This document shows, piece by piece, positions 25,828 through 39,309 of a stretch of 64,000 nt of DNA. A program made the position numbers and the translations under genes. The DNA is from Mobula hypostoma (taxonomy: Eukaryota). The notes under the pieces were generated by a model. It was not told the origin of the DNA. It saw only the letters and a list, made by a program, of their open reading frames with translations, and did no database searches. The DNA lies in assembly GCF_963921235.1 (NCBI RefSeq), contig NC_086101.1:8248001-8312000 (forward strand), in the 5' to 3' direction. Each line of letters opens with the position of its first letter. The first letter of the stretch is position 1.

Positions 25828-26507
25828 GAAGGAGAAGATGGCGGTGTGATGGCAGCGCGCGCGGCCTCTCCGGTGATCAATATCTGTTATCTATCAAGTA
25901 GGGGACCGTGCAGAATTCTGATTTGATAGAGATGGACGTGAGAGTACGGAGGAGCATCTGGAAAACTTCTGAAATGCCCGCTTCGCTGCTGCTGCTACTG
26001 TGTGGTAACCGGAATCTCCAGAGCAGAAGGCCCCGAAATACTCGGCTTTGCGCGTTTCAGCGGCTGGGGCGAGATCAAAGGTGCTCAGCAGAGGATGGCG
26101 CTCGGGAGGCTGTATCAGAGGGGCTGGTCGGAGGCTCGAAGTTTTCAGACGGATGGACTCAGTGTCAGCTGTGGTCGGCTGCTTCCAAGGCATCGGCAAG
26201 TTGATGGTGCCGGGAGGTTTATGACAGGGAGTTTCTCCCTTTTGCCGCCTGCTATCGGGGACTCGGGAGTCGATCGACTCGGGGACATTTGAGACTTTTT
26301 TTTAACCGTGCCTAGGGTTTGTTCTTCATCAAATTATGGTATTGCTTTGCACTGCTGTAACTATATGTTATAATTATGTGGTTCTGTCAGTGTTAGTCTT
26401 TGGTTTGTCCTGTTTTCTGTGATAGCACTCCAGAGGAACATTGTACCATTTCATAATGCATGTATGCATTTCTAAATAGAGGAGGACTGAGTGTTCTCAT
26501 AATCTAA
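25828..26507 (+). mobile_element. Family A non-autonomous element, copy 3 (apparently full length)
   Basis: Begins GAAGGAGAAGATGGCGG (YY1-type motif); CpG-rich body; tail ..ctcataatctaa. Confidence 0.8.
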
Positions 26508-28612
26508 TTTCAAGGATTTTTGATAATTTACAGGATATTCATGACATTGAAATACCTTTGAGTCTTGTTTTTATTTCATTGATTTATTGATGCAGAATGG
26601 AGCAGGCCTTTTTTTACTCCTCATACAAGCCACCCCAGAAACCCTTTACAGTACCAGTGACCCACCACTGTCTGTAAGGAGCATGTTCATTCTCCCTGTG
26701 ACCACGTGGGTATCCCTCCTCCAGGTGCTCCCATTTCCTCCCACAGTCCAAAGATGTACCGGTTGGTAGGTTAATTAGTCGTTAGCCCATCATTAGTCTA
26801 GGGTTAAATCAGCGGTTGCTGGGTGGTGTGGCTTGAAGGACTGGAAGGGCCTGTTCCATGCAGTATCTCAATAAATAAGTAAGTAACCCCACAACCCTGA
26901 TTATCCCTAAACTAACCATTGGGACAATTTTCAATGACCTACTAACCTACCCAGTATGTCTTTGGACTGTGGGAGGAAACTGGAGGACCTGGAGAAAGCC
27001 CATTCCTTCCATGGGGAGGACGTACAGACACTCCGTACTGAACAGCACCGAGCTAAACTCCGAACTCTGAAATTCCCTGAGCTGTAATGGCATCGAGCTA
27101 ACCTCTGCAGCACCATGGCACCCTGGCTGAAGTTATGGTAACTGATAAACCCAAACAGCTGAACACCTCTCTGGTACTGAAAATCTAATTTCCTACAAAG
27201 GGATTTTCAGTCCCTTGGATAATGAGTTCAAAAATTAAAACTTAAATTTGGTTTAAAGGTTATGAATTGTTAATCGAACCCCCATCCAACTTTCTCTCTT
27301 GAATAGTTGGTGAACTTGTAGAATAGGTTTATAATTTATTCTATAACTTCTAACATATCTTTTAACTGAACTTGTAAACTTTGTGCTGATTACCTCCTAT
27401 TTTGCCGCTTGTGAGAATGCTTCAACGCGATTGGCTGCCCAAGCACTTGATGACATCACTGTTGCCTGGCTCCTGGGTACAAACTTTGTTGGAAGGAGAA
27501 GTCTTTGGCGGAGAGTCAGCTGTCAAGTGACTACTTCCCTCTCCAGATGCTGCCTGACTTGCTGAGTTCCTCCAGTTTGTTCTGTGTATTGCTCAAGATG
27601 GTCAGCATTTGTAGAATTTCTTGCCCATTGCATTTAATCTGACCACTTTTCTTTGAGGTTAGAAGTGAGCAGTCAGCCAGTTACTGAGTGGAACTTGTGG
27701 GCTAGTTTTGACAAATCAGCCTTTGATTAATTCTGGGAAACTACCGGTGACACAGTTTCAAACTCCTGCCAACATAAACCAGAGCTGACCTATCACTGCA
27801 GAAGTCAGTGAAATGTCAGCTTCCTCGCCCATGAAAGACAGATCCCACTCCATACTGTCATAGATTTAAACAGGCCCAACTCATCCAGGCTGAATGAATC
27901 GTCTCCCTGATCCATCCCCAATTTCCTGCACGTTTTATATTTTCATTTTAACCTTAATTTAGAGATACAGCACAATAACCAACCTTTCCACAAGACATCA
28001 GATATAGGAGCAGAATTAAGCCATTCGGCCCATTGAGTCTGCACTGCTATTCCATCATGGCTGACTCATTATCCCTATCAACCCCATTCTCCATAACCTT
28101 TAACACCCTTACTAATCAAGAACCTACTGACCTCCACTTTGAATGTACCCAATGACCACGGCTGTTGGTGGTAATGAATTCCTCAGATTCGCCTTCCTCT
28201 GCCTAAAGAAATTCCTCCTCATTCATTTTCTAAAAGGACGTTCTTCTACTCTGAGGTTTCCGCCTCGGGTTCTGTTCCAGCCTTATGTCTCTGATCCACA
28301 CGGTCATGGGGAGTGTGAACTTATTACAGAAAGCAGCCGAATTGAACCTGGGTCACCGCCACTGTAACGGTGTTACACGAACTGCGATGATATCGTGCCA
28401 CCCCGTACCCTCTAGAACATTCCTATCCATGAACCTTTTAAATGCTCTAGTTATCCTCACTTGCACTTCTTCCTCGCGGCTTCATAATCCCACCAAACCC
28501 TAGCTGAAAAACCTGCCCCTCAGGTCCCCTTAAAATTCCCCCTGCCTTCTGGGGCCAAAAACTGACCATCTGCTTTATCGATACCCTTCACATGTTATGT
28601 ATCACTACAGGT

Positions 28613-29200
28613 ACCTGAGGTGCACCGTGCACCTGGATGACAGACTTGAGTGGAGCACAGCACAGAGGCTGTGTACAAGAAGGGCCAGAGTTGCCTCTAC
28701 TTCCTGAGGAGACTGAGGTCCTTTGGAGTATGCAGGCCTCTCCTTCACCTGTTCTACCAGTCTGTTGTCGCCGGTATAATCTTCTCTGTAGTGGTGTGCT
28801 GGGGCAATGGCATCGAAACGGGTGATGCCAACAGGCTCAATAAGCTGATCAGAAAGGCTGGCTCTCTTATAGGAGTCAAACTGGACACACTGGAGGCTGG
28901 GGTAGAACAGAGGACCCGACGGAAAATCCTGGCAATTCTGGACACTGCTTCTCACCCTCGGCACGCTACCTTGTCCGAACAGAGGAGCACTTTTAGTAAG
29001 ACAACTGCGCTGCTCCAAAGAGCGTTATATGAGGTCATTCTTCCCCCTCAGCCAACCTCTAGCCAGGGAAGTAATAACCCCTCCTGTACGACTTATTTTT
29101 TATTCTTTCTGCTTCTCTTCTAATGTTTATCTATGCACTTGTAATGCTACTGTGACACTGTAGCTTCCTTTGGGATCAATAAAGTATCTACCTATCTATT
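28613..29200 (+). mobile_element. Rex1/Babar LINE 3' fragment
   Basis: KKGQSCLYFLRRLRSFGVC, NRLNKLIRKAGS; AATAAA then (TCTA)n tail. Confidence 0.85.
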
Positions 29201-29569
29201 TACTCTCTGGGGAAAAAGTCCCAGCCTATTGTAGCTCACCTTATAACTCCAGCCCTCCAGTCCGAATAGCATCCTTATGAGTCCTTCCTGCTCTCCAGGG
29301 ACTCGGACACACAATCCACACCAATGCATCCTCAAGACAACAGGATGGCAGAACAAAGTGAGGCCCTTTGGCCCTTCTAGTCTCTTCTGCCACTTTGCTG
29401 GAGCATGCCTGGTGCAATATCCCTCTAGGTTACTTTCCTGCCCTTTTCCAATAGCCCATGGCTCCCTAAGTGATCAGATGTCCTGCGACTTACTGCTGAC
29501 GTATATTACTTACTGCAGTACCCGTGGACGTGACTGTGGATCGCAGCCTTATGGTGACTGTGGGTGTGA

Positions 29570-30130
29570 AGCTGAGACCTCACTTGGAATATTATCAGCA
29601 GTTCTGGGCTCCTTATCCAAGACAAGATGCACTGGCATTGCAGAGGGTCCAGAGGAGGTTCATAAGAATGATCCCAGGAATGAAAGGGTTAACATATGAG
29701 GAGCGTTTGATGGCCCTGGGCCAGTATTCACTGGTTTAGAAGAATGAGGGGAAATCTCGCTGAAACTTATCGAATATTGAAAGGTCTTGATAGAGTGCAT
29801 ACGGAGAGGATGCTTCTGACAGTGAGGGAGTCTAGGACCAGAAGGCACAACCTCAGAATTGAGAGACGTCCATTTAGAACAGGGATGAGGAAAAATCCCT
29901 TCAGCCAGCGGGTGGTGAGTCTGTGGAATTCATTGCCACAGACAGCTGTGGAGGCCGAGTGACTGGGTATATTTAAAGCGGAGGTTGGTAGGTTCTTGAT
30001 TAGTCAGGGTGTCAAAGGTTGTAGGAAGAAAGAAGGAGAATGGAGTTGAGAGGGATAACAATCGGCCATGATGGAATGGTGGAGCAGACACAATGGGCCG
30101 AATAGCCTAATTCTGCTTCTATGTCGTATG
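29570..30130 (+). mobile_element. CR1 LINE 3' fragment
   Basis: RPHLEYYQQFWAP, LQRVQRRFIRMIPG, FSQRVVSLWNSLP. Confidence 0.9.
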
Positions 30131-30736
30131 ATCATATGGATTTCAGCTGTACTAATCCAAATGGGAATATTTGCTGATTCCCATTAGAGCCGCACATACT
30201 TATCAGTGCCATCTTAAATATATTCAAAGTGTCTACCCCAGAATAGGGACTTTCTCTGTGTCCCTGTGAGCAAAGACACACAGGGTCTCTGCGGCAAAGA
30301 CCAGCCACCTGAGAGAAGGATTTCCTCCTCATCTCAGTCTCAAAGGGGCACCCTCTTATTCTGAAGCCGTTCCCTCTGGTTCTGGACTCTCCCACCTTCT
30401 AAGCATGTAACCTGTTACAAATTCTATACCTTTCAATAACATCATCTCTCATTCCTCTAAGCTCCGAGCAGTGTGGATAACTTCACTCATCTAAAAACTG
30501 AACCAATTCCACAACCTGAGGACTCACTTTCAAGGACTGTAGAAGGACACTCTAAAGTTTCCACATCCTTCCTATAATGAGGCAACCAGAATTGAAGACT
30601 ATAATCCAAGTAGATCTCCCTCTTTGCTCCTATCTTCCTTAAGCCTTTCCTTCTCACCGATTTCATCACCATGTTGCCTGAACACTTGATTCTTTCTTCC
30701 AAATCCTTGGCATTTTTATGGGGTAATAGCAGAATT

Positions 30737-31350
30737 ATGATGATTATGAAGACACGTAGTCCCCTTTTATTGTCATTTAGTGATGCATGCATTCAGAAAT
30801 GATTCAACATTTCCTCCAGTACGATATCACAAAACACAGGACAGTCCAAGACTGAAAAAACTGACAAAACCACATAATTATAACATATAGTTACAACAGT
30901 GCAACAATACCATAACTTGATGAAGAAGTCCATGAGCACAGTAAAGTTCAAAGTCTCTCAAATGTCCCACATCTCACGCAGACAGGAGAAGGAAGAAAAA
31001 CTCTCCCTGCCATGCCCGACCACAATCCGACTCTGAGTCATCGGAAAACTTTGAGCTCTGATCAGCTCTCCGACACCGAGTACTGAGCGCCATCTCTGTC
31101 CGAGCGATTCGACCTCTTTCTCAGTCGTCAAAAGCAGGCAAGCCCGGGGATTTTGAGGCCTCCCCTCCGAAAGATTCCTGACCACACAGTAAGGACAGCA
31201 GCGTTCCAGAAATTTCTCCAGATGTTCCTCTGTGCTTTCACGTCCATTCTCCATCAAATCAGAATTGTCCACGGCCCCTATTTAACAGATACGACATCAT
31301 TTTTCACCGGAGGGCTGTGCGCACGCGCAGGCGCGCTGCCATCTTCTCCT
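30737..31350 (-). mobile_element. Family A non-autonomous element, copy 4
   Basis: Minus strand begins AGGAGAAGATGGC; aligns with 4175-4684. Confidence 0.8.
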
Positions 31351-31369
31351 CACGCCTTTTAGTTGCATG

Positions 31370-31700
31370 ATCTCTCAAGTCAAGTATGATGATCTCCTAA
31401 GGGGTTGCCTATTGGTGGGTCCTCAAGTGACTTCAGAGGCCGATCCGGGATCCACATATTCTGGTGCAGTCTGGGCAAGTGTAAGAGGCTCTGTGGTTAG
31501 TACCTGGGTCTTTAAGTTGTTCAGTCTCTTCATCTGCAGCTGTCACTTGTTCCCTGTGGCACAGCGGAGGTCACCCTCGTGCAGTGTGTCTCTCTCCTGA
31601 AGATTTCTCCAGGGGTATCTACTGAGTTCAATGTTATTAGATGTAATGCTGAATTTCTTCAGGCTGATTTTGATGTTATCTTTGAAGCATTGCCTTTTCT
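31370..31700 (-). mobile_element. RTE LINE 3' fragment (old)
   Basis: Minus strand reads RQCFKDNIKISLKKFSI, resembling the RTE C-terminal RKRFKDxLK motif, followed by an RTE-like tail. Confidence 0.5.
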
Positions 31701-31804
31701 CTTCACTGACTTGTATAATTTATGCTCTGCATCATATGGGACTCTGCTTTTGCTGCAAATCTTGACTGCACGCACAAAATGCTGGAGGAATTCGGCAGGA
31801 TCTG

Positions 31805-32735
31805 CCTGATGGGATTGATGGCTTTGTGGCAAAGTTTGAAGATGATACAAAGATAGGTGGAGGGGTAGCTAGTGCTGAGGAAGCAATCGGATTGCAGCAG
31901 GATTTAGACAAATTGGAAGAATGGGCAAAAAAGTGGTAGATGGAATACAGTGTTGGGAAATGCATGATAATACATTTTGGTAAAAGGAACAATAGTGCAG
32001 ATTATTATCTAAATGGGGAGAAAATTCAAACAACAGAAGTGCAGAGGGATTTAGGAGTCCTTGTGCAAGACTCCCAAAAGGTTTTTTACAGGTTAAGTCT
32101 GTGGTAAAGAAGGCAAATTACTGTTGGCATTTATTTCAAGGAGAATATAATATAAAAGCAAGGAGATAAGGCTGAGGCTTTATAAGACACTAGTCAGGCC
32201 GCACTCGGAGTATTGTCAACAGTTTTGGGCCTCATGTTTCAGAAAGGCTGTGTTGTCATTGGAGAGAGTCCAGAAGAGGTTCACAAGGATGATTCCAGGA
32301 ATGAAGGGGTTAACATATGAGGAGTGTTTGGCAGCTTTGAGCTTGTATGCTCTGGAATTTAGAAGAATGCAGGGGAATCCCATTTGAACCTACTGAATGT
32401 TGAAAGGACTAGATAAGGTGGACGTAGAGAGAACATTTCCTATGGTGGGACTATCCAGAACCTGAGAACACAGACTCAAAATTGAGGGGCGACCTTTTGG
32501 AACAGAGGTAAGGAGGAATTTTTTTTAGCCAGAGAGTAGTGTATCTGTGGAATGCTCAGACTGCAGTGGAAGCCAGGACAGTGGGTACATTTAAGGCAGA
32601 AATTGATAGTTTCCTGATCGGTCAGGGATCAGAGGATAAGCTGAGAAGGCGGGTGTATGGGGGTTAATGGAATCTGGGATCAGGCGTGATGGAATGAATG
32701 AATGGCCTAATTCTGCTCCTATGTCTTATGATCTT
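31805..32735 (+). mobile_element. CR1 LINE RT-to-tail fragment
   Basis: GFVAKFEDDTKIGG, LVRPHSEYCQQFW, LERVQKRFTRMIPG. Confidence 0.9.
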
Positions 32736-32847
32736 ATAGAATCTATGAAGAGAAATAAACAGTTGATTTTTGGAAATGTCAACTGTGTATTCCCCTCCAT
32801 AAACACTGCTAACCTGCTGTTCCTCCTATATTTTGTATGTCTGTACC

Positions 32848-34718
32848 TACAATACTGTGCAAATCTTCAGCAAGTATATATAGCTACAATTCCTTGGACC
32901 TTTGCACAGTACTGTATTTGTCAACGTGGAGCAGGAGGTGAGCTTGGTGGAGCAAAGTACGTTGGGAATGATGAGAGTGGAACACCAAGGGAGGGTTGTG
33001 GGACAGGTCATAGTCATACTTTATTGATCCCGGGGGAAATTGGTTTTTGTTACAGTTGCACCATAAATAATTAAATAGTAATAAAACCATAAATAGTTAA
33101 ATAGTAATATGTAAATTATGCCAGGAAATAAGTCCAGGACTAGCCTATTGGCTCAGGGTGTCTGACCCTCCAAGGGAGGAGTTGTAAAGTTTAATAGCCA
33201 CAGGCAGGAACGACTTCCTATGACGCTCTGTGTTGCATCTCGGTGGAATGAGTCTCTGGCTGAATGTACTCCTGTGCCCACCCAGTACATTATGTAGTGG
33301 ATGGGAGACATTGTCCAAGATGGCATGCAATTTGGACAGCATCCTCTTTTCAGACACCACCGTCAGAGAGTCCAGTTCCATCCCCACAACATCACTAGCC
33401 TTATGAGTTTGTTGATTCTGTTGGTGTCTGCTACCCTCAGCCTGCTGCCCCAGCACATAACAGCAAACATGATCACACTGGCCACCACAGACTTGTAGAA
33501 CATGCTCAGCATCGTCCGACAGTTGCTAAAGGACCTCAGTCTCCTCAGGAAATAGAGACGGCTCTGACCCTTCTTGTAGACAGCCTCAGTGTTCTTTGAC
33601 CAGTCCAGTTTATTGTCAGTTCATATCCCCAGGTATTTGTAATCCTTCACCATGTCCACACTGAAACAGGGGTCACCGGTGCCTTAGCTCTCCTCAGGTC
33701 TACCACCAGCTCCTTAGTCTTTTCCACATTAAGCTGCAGATAATTCTGCTCACACCATGTGACAATGACAAAGTTTCCTACCGTAGCCCTGTACTCAGCC
33801 TCATCTCCCTTGCTGATGCATCCAACTGTGGCAGAGTCATCCGAAAACTTCTGAAGATGACAAGACACTGTGCAGTAGTTGAAGTCCGAGGTATAAATGG
33901 TGAAGAGAAAGGGAGACAAGACAGTCCCCTGTGGAGCCCCAGTACTGCTGATCACTCTGTCGGACACACAGTGTTGCAAGCACACGTACTGTGGTCTGCC
34001 AGTCAGGTAATCAAGAATCCATGACACCAGGAAAGCATCCACCTGCATCGCTGTCAGCTTCTCCCCCAGCAGGGCAGGGTGGATGGTGTTGAACGCACTG
34101 GAGAAGTCACAAAATATGACCCTCACAGTGCTCACTGGCTTGTCCAGGTGGGTGTAGACACAGTTCAGCAGGTAGACGATGGCATCCTCAACTCCTAGTC
34201 GGGGCTGGTTGGCGAACTGGAGGGGATCTAAGTGTGGCCTAACCATAGGCCGGAGCAGCTCCAGAACAAGTCTCTCCAGGGTCTTCATGATGTGGGAGGT
34301 CAATGCCACCGGTCTGTAGTCATTGAGGCCGCTGGGGCGCGGCGTCTTCGGCACAGGGACGAGGCAGGACGTCTTCCACAGCACAGGAACCCTCCGGAGA
34401 CTCAGGCTCAGGTTGAAGACATGGCGAAGTACTCCACATAGCTGAGGGGCACAGGCTTTGAGCACCCTGGTACTGACACCCAGGTGGCAGAGAAGGGGTG
34501 CCAGGAGTGGGGAATGTTGCATGGGTGTAGACACACCCAGCCCTGAAACACCAGGCAAGGTCATTTGATTCTAAACAATTGGTTTATTGATCTTTCTGGC
34601 TTCCTGCTGCCTCCCCTTCCCCCTCTCCCTGTCCCCTTCCCATTCTCTGTCCAAAAGAGACCCAGAGTAACTATAAATAGCTATAAATATGTGCCTAAGA
34701 CTATTCCACAGTACTGTA
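32848..34718. mobile_element. Tc1-like MITE hosting a Rex1 insertion
   Basis: Ends resemble TACAGTACTGTGCAAA / TTTGCACAGTACTGTA inverted repeats (32848-32864, 32901-32916, 34703-34718). Confidence 0.5.
33009..34480 (-). mobile_element. 5'-truncated Rex1/Babar LINE with largely open RT
   Basis: 305-aa ORF with [45 protein letters not shown]; (GACTAT) tail; CAGGT duplicated at both ends. Confidence 0.92.
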
Positions 34719-35465
34719 CATGATATAAGACCATAAGACCATTCTGGGGAGCAATCTAGAGTCAACCACATTGGTGGGTTTAGGTTCACATTAGCAGTTA
34801 ACGTAATGCTTTACGGTACCAGCCATCGCTAATTGGGGCTCAATTCCCACCTATAAGGAGGCTATCGTTCTCCCCGTGACTGTGTGGGTTTTCTCCACTT
34901 ACTCCGGTTTCTTCTCGCTTTCCAAGGGCGTACAACGTGGGGTCAGTAAGTTGTGCGCGTACTATGTTGGGGCCAGAAGCGCAGCAATACTTGCAGGCTG
35001 CCCCAGTGCAACCTTGGACAGTGTTGGCTGTTGAAGCCAACCGGCAAGCCAGATGCCTGACTATCAGGGCCCTGGAGGAATTTACTGCATTCGGCAGAGC
35101 TATTAATACAACAACAGCGCACGCGGGCTGCTCACTCCATACGGTCAGTGGCACGTCATTACCTACACTAGTACACCCGCTTGTTAATTAAAGTATCTAA
35201 TCAGCTACTCATGTGGCAGCAACCCAATGCATAAAAACATGCAGACATGGTCAAAAGTTTCAGCTTTTATTCAGACCAGTCACCAGAATGGGGGAGAAAT
35301 GTGATGTAAGTGACTTTGAACATGGAATGATTGTTGGCGCTAGATGGGGTGGTTTGAGTATCTCAGAAACTGCTGATCTCCTGGGATTTTCACACACAGC
35401 AGTCTCTAGACTAGAGTTTACAGGAAATGGTGTGAAAAACAAAAAAAAAACACCAGTCATTGGCA

Positions 35466-35632
35466 AACACGAGGAAATCTGCAGATGCTGGAATTTAAAG
35501 CAACACACATAAAAGTTGCTGGTGAACGCAGCAGGCCAGGCAGCATCTCTAGGAAGAGGTACAGTCGACATTTCAGGCTGAGACCCTTCATCAGGACCAA
35601 CTGAAAGAGCTATTAAGGGATTTGAAAGTGGG
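35466..35632 (-). mobile_element. Penelope-derived short repeat with hammerhead motif
   Basis: 14-bp duplication ACCAGTCATTGGCA (35452-35465, 35633-35646); minus strand GGUC-CUGAUGA-AGGGUCUCAGCCU-GAAA-UGUC-GACUG at 35562-35598. Confidence 0.8.
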
Positions 35633-35659
35633 ACCAGTCATTGGCAGTCTCGTGCGCAT

Positions 35660-36567
35660 GCGCCGGTCGTGCATGCAGCCTGTTACAGCCATTCCGACTA
35701 GTATTCTTACTTTTTTCTTCTTACTTTTTTAACTTAAGTTATTTTTTGTATTTTTTTTTACCGTAGCACATTGAAGCTGCACCCTCTCTAACATGCTGGT
35801 AGAGAGAGTTTTATTTTGATTTTTAGCACTGGAAATATTTACATTCCGACACATCTCATTAGCAGGGCAGCAGTATGGTTGCATTGTGTATTCCAGGAAC
35901 CAGCTGATTGCGCTTATGCCAGCCGGTATAGCAAGCAGAGCGGCTGACACCCCTGCTGAAATCTGGAGACTTATGGAGAAGAGGAGTTCGGTGGGTAATA
36001 AAATGGACGAGTTCACGGCGCTAGCCAGGTGTCAGAGAACATTTCGGGAGTACAGTGTTATGTGTTTTACTGGAACTGGGCTGCACGAGGAAATACCAGA
36101 TCAAATCTTTTCCATGGACGGCTTCCAGACCGTTCGGGCTGACCGGAAGTGCACTGAGAGTGGTAAGCGTAAAGGAGTTGGGTGCTTGCTGTTCTGGTTA
36201 ACAACGGATGGTGCAATCCGGGTCATATTACGATCGAGGAACGTGTTTGTAGACCGAATATTGAACTTTTTGCTGATGGACCCCAGCCATATTCCACCGA
36301 GATACAACGCTGGGCATCACAGGAGGTTGTTCCTGCCTGTGGCCATCGAACTTTGCAGCTCCTCGCGTGGAGGGTCAGACACCCTGAGCCAATAGGCTGG
36401 TCCTGGACTTATTTCCATCTGGCATAGTTTGCATTTAGTTGTTTGATTGTTTGTGGTTTTTGTATTGCTATATTTATGCTCTATTCTTGGTTGGTGCAGC
36501 TGTAACGAAACCCAATTTCCCTCTGGATCAATAAAGTATGTCTATCTATCTATCTATCTATCTATCT
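35660..36567 (+). mobile_element. Internally deleted Rex1/Babar-like LINE (5'UTR + APE N-terminus fused to 3' end)
   Basis: VGNKMDE..VMCFTGTGLHEEIPD..DGFQTVRADR..SGKRKG then directly IPPR..FLPVAI..GGSDTLSQ, AATAAA and (TCTA)n. Confidence 0.8.
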
Positions 36568-37104
36568 AAAAATGCCTTGATAATGGTAGAGCTCATAGGA
36601 GGATGGCCAGACTGGTTCAAGCTGACAGGAAGGTGACTGTAACTCAAATAAAGAGGCATTACAACAGTAGTGTGCAGAAGAGCACCTCTGAATGGACAAT
36701 GCATTGAAACTTGAAGTGGGTGGTCTACAGCAGCAGAAGACCATGAACAAACACTCAGTGGCTGCTTTATTAGGTACAAGCGTGGAACCCGGTGTCAGCA
36801 CTGAGTGTATATTCACAGCCGAGAGGGAAGTGGGAATTAGATTGACAGCATGGACTGCATGGTAGCATAGCAGTTAGCATGGAGCGATTAACGCCTGGGG
36901 CGCAGGAGCTCAGAGTTCAGCTCTGGTGCTGTCCACGAGGAGTTTGTACATTTTCTCTGTGAACACATGGGTTTTTATCTAGGTCCTTCAGTTTCCCCCC
37001 ACTGTCCAAAGACGCAGCAGTTAGAAGGTTAATTGGTCATTGTAAATCATCCTGTGTTTATTCTACGGTTAAATAGGTGGGTGGCTGGGTGGTGTGGCTC
37101 ATCG

Positions 37105-37206
37105 GTGCTGCATTGTTGCATGTGTCCGTGCTGCATTGTTGCATGTGCCCGTGCTGCATTGTTGCATGTGTCCGTGCTGCATTGGTGCATGCTTCCGTGC
37201 TGCATC
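37105..37206. repeat. 23-bp tandem repeat (about 4.4 units) inside a SINE tail
   Basis: Unit GTGCTGCATTGTTGCATGTGTCC. Confidence 0.9.
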
Positions 37207-37429
37207 TCTACGTAATAATAAATGCCAAAACAAATAAAGATGTGTGGATATACAACACCTGTGTATGTGGTAAAACATTTCGACTCAGTCCACACAAGTG
37301 AGAATCAAATATTTTCAAGGACTTACTCAGGGAACGGTCTAATACTGAGAGGCACAGAATAACAAATGGATGTGAGGATAGAGATCTATAATTCCTTGAA
37401 GACAGGATCAATTAGGCACAATGGCTGTC

Positions 37430-38015
37430 ATAAGAGTACTAACTATAGGATGTTTGAGTTGTACCATATCAGACGTTGGTGAGACCCGGATTCAGAGTAT
37501 TCTGTACTTCTGGTCACCTACATACAAGAGAGATATCGGTAAGATTGAAAGAGTTCAAAGACAATTTTACAGGGATGATGCTAAGAGCCACTGGGAGAGG
37601 TTGACCAGATTAGGACTTTATTCCCACAGCAGAGGAGAAGAGGAGAGATTTGATAGGTGTATACAAAATTATGAACGGTATAGAGAGGGTAAATGCAAGA
37701 AGGCTTTTTCCACTGATGTTGAGTGTGACTAGAAGTAGAGGTCCTAGGTTAAGGGTGAAAGTTGAAATATTGAAGGGGAACCTAGTGGGGAACTTCTTCA
37801 CTCAGAGGATGGTGAGAGTGTGGGATGAGCTGCCAGTGGGTGGATATGGGTTCGATTTCAGCATTTAAGAGAAGTTTGGATAAGTACATGACGGGAGGGG
37901 TATGGAGGGCTATCATCCAAGTATGGGTCAATGAGACTCAGTAGAATAACAGTGCTGAATGTAGACGGGCCAAAGGACCTGTTTATCTGCTCTAGTCACA
38001 GTGTTCTGTGATTCT
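37430..38015 (+). mobile_element. CR1 LINE 3' fragment
   Basis: FWSPTYKRDIGKIERVQR, NFFTQRMVRVWDELP. Confidence 0.85.
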
Positions 38016-39309
38016 GTAAACAAGTGCTAACTTAGGCCAAGAAACCGAATTTCTCACGGAAATGCTGAGCCAACAGAGGGAGGTGGAGGAGTTTAGGAAA
38101 GGAGGTCAGGTTTGAGGCTGAGGGATCTGTGGAGGAACTGGAAGCAGGAAGATGTCTGGATCATGGAGTGATACAGAAAATTGTGTGCACAGGAATGCAA
38201 GAAGCTGCAGAGTCGGGGAATCAGCTCAATATAACCCTGCCTTCAGGGGTATCACAGGGCTGTTGCCTCAAGTTTGCAACATCCATCATTGGGCCAAAGT
38301 TCAAAGTTCAATTCATCAATTTAATGTCAGAAAATGTATATAGTACACAACTGGAAATCCTTATTCATCACAGACAAAGTAAATTTATTATCAAGGTACA
38401 TTATGTCACCATATACAACCCCGAGATCTGTTTTCTTGCAGGCACACTCAGTAAATGTGAGAACCATAATAGAATCAATGAAAGAATGCACCCAAGGGAT
38501 GGCCATGCCATCTTCTCATCTTCTCTCAGCTATTATCGGGCAGGAGGTACAGAAAACAGAATAGACCATTACAGCATAGTACAGGCCCTTCAGCCCCCAT
38601 GTTGCGCCAACCCTTTAACCTTCTCCAAGAGTAATCTAACCTTTCCATCCCACATATCCCTACATTTCTATTTCATTCAGCATCTCGTAAATGTCCCCAG
38701 TGTATCTGCTTCTACCAACAACTACCCCATGGGACTTACCACTCTGTGTAAAAACCTATTGCTGGCATCCCCCACATACCCCATACCTTCCTCCAATCAC
38801 CTTAAATGTTCAGTATTCCCTCTCGTATTAGCCACTACCACCTGGGGAAAAAGGCACTGCTGTCCACTTCCTCTACGCATCTTACCCCCTCTGTCAAATC
38901 ATTTCTCATCCTTTCCCTCCAGAGAGAAAACCCCTAGCTCATTCAAACTTTCCTCACAAGAGTAACTCAGACAAATTGCTGGAGGAACTCAGCGAGTCAG
39001 GCAGCATCTATGAAGAAGAACAAACAGTTGACATTTTGGTCTTTCCTCACAAGGCATGCTCTCTAATCTGGGCAGTGTTCCAGCAAAGCTCCTCCGCACC
39101 CTCTCTAAAGCTTCAGTACAGAACTTTCAGTCCCACACCACCAGATTCAACAACAACTACATCCATTTAACCACTCAGTTCCTGAATCAACCTGCACAGC
39201 CCTAATCACAACCTCAGCACGGCAAGGCGATGACCACTTTGCACTACGATGACTTCTGCTATTTATTTTGATTCTAATTGTGTCTTTCTTCTACAACTCT
39301 TGATGAGAC

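Larger units (their letters stand above)
35140..36815 (+). mobile_element. Tc1-type remnant with two nested insertions
   Basis: SDFEHGMIVGARWGGLSISETADLLGFSHTAVSR transposase HTH region; resumes at 36568; same family as 9039-9731. Confidence 0.8.

Noticed and set aside
38129..38965. 278-aa ORF as a host gene
   Set aside because: Runs across a patchwork of LINE tails and an antisense CR1 fragment; no protein-like motif.
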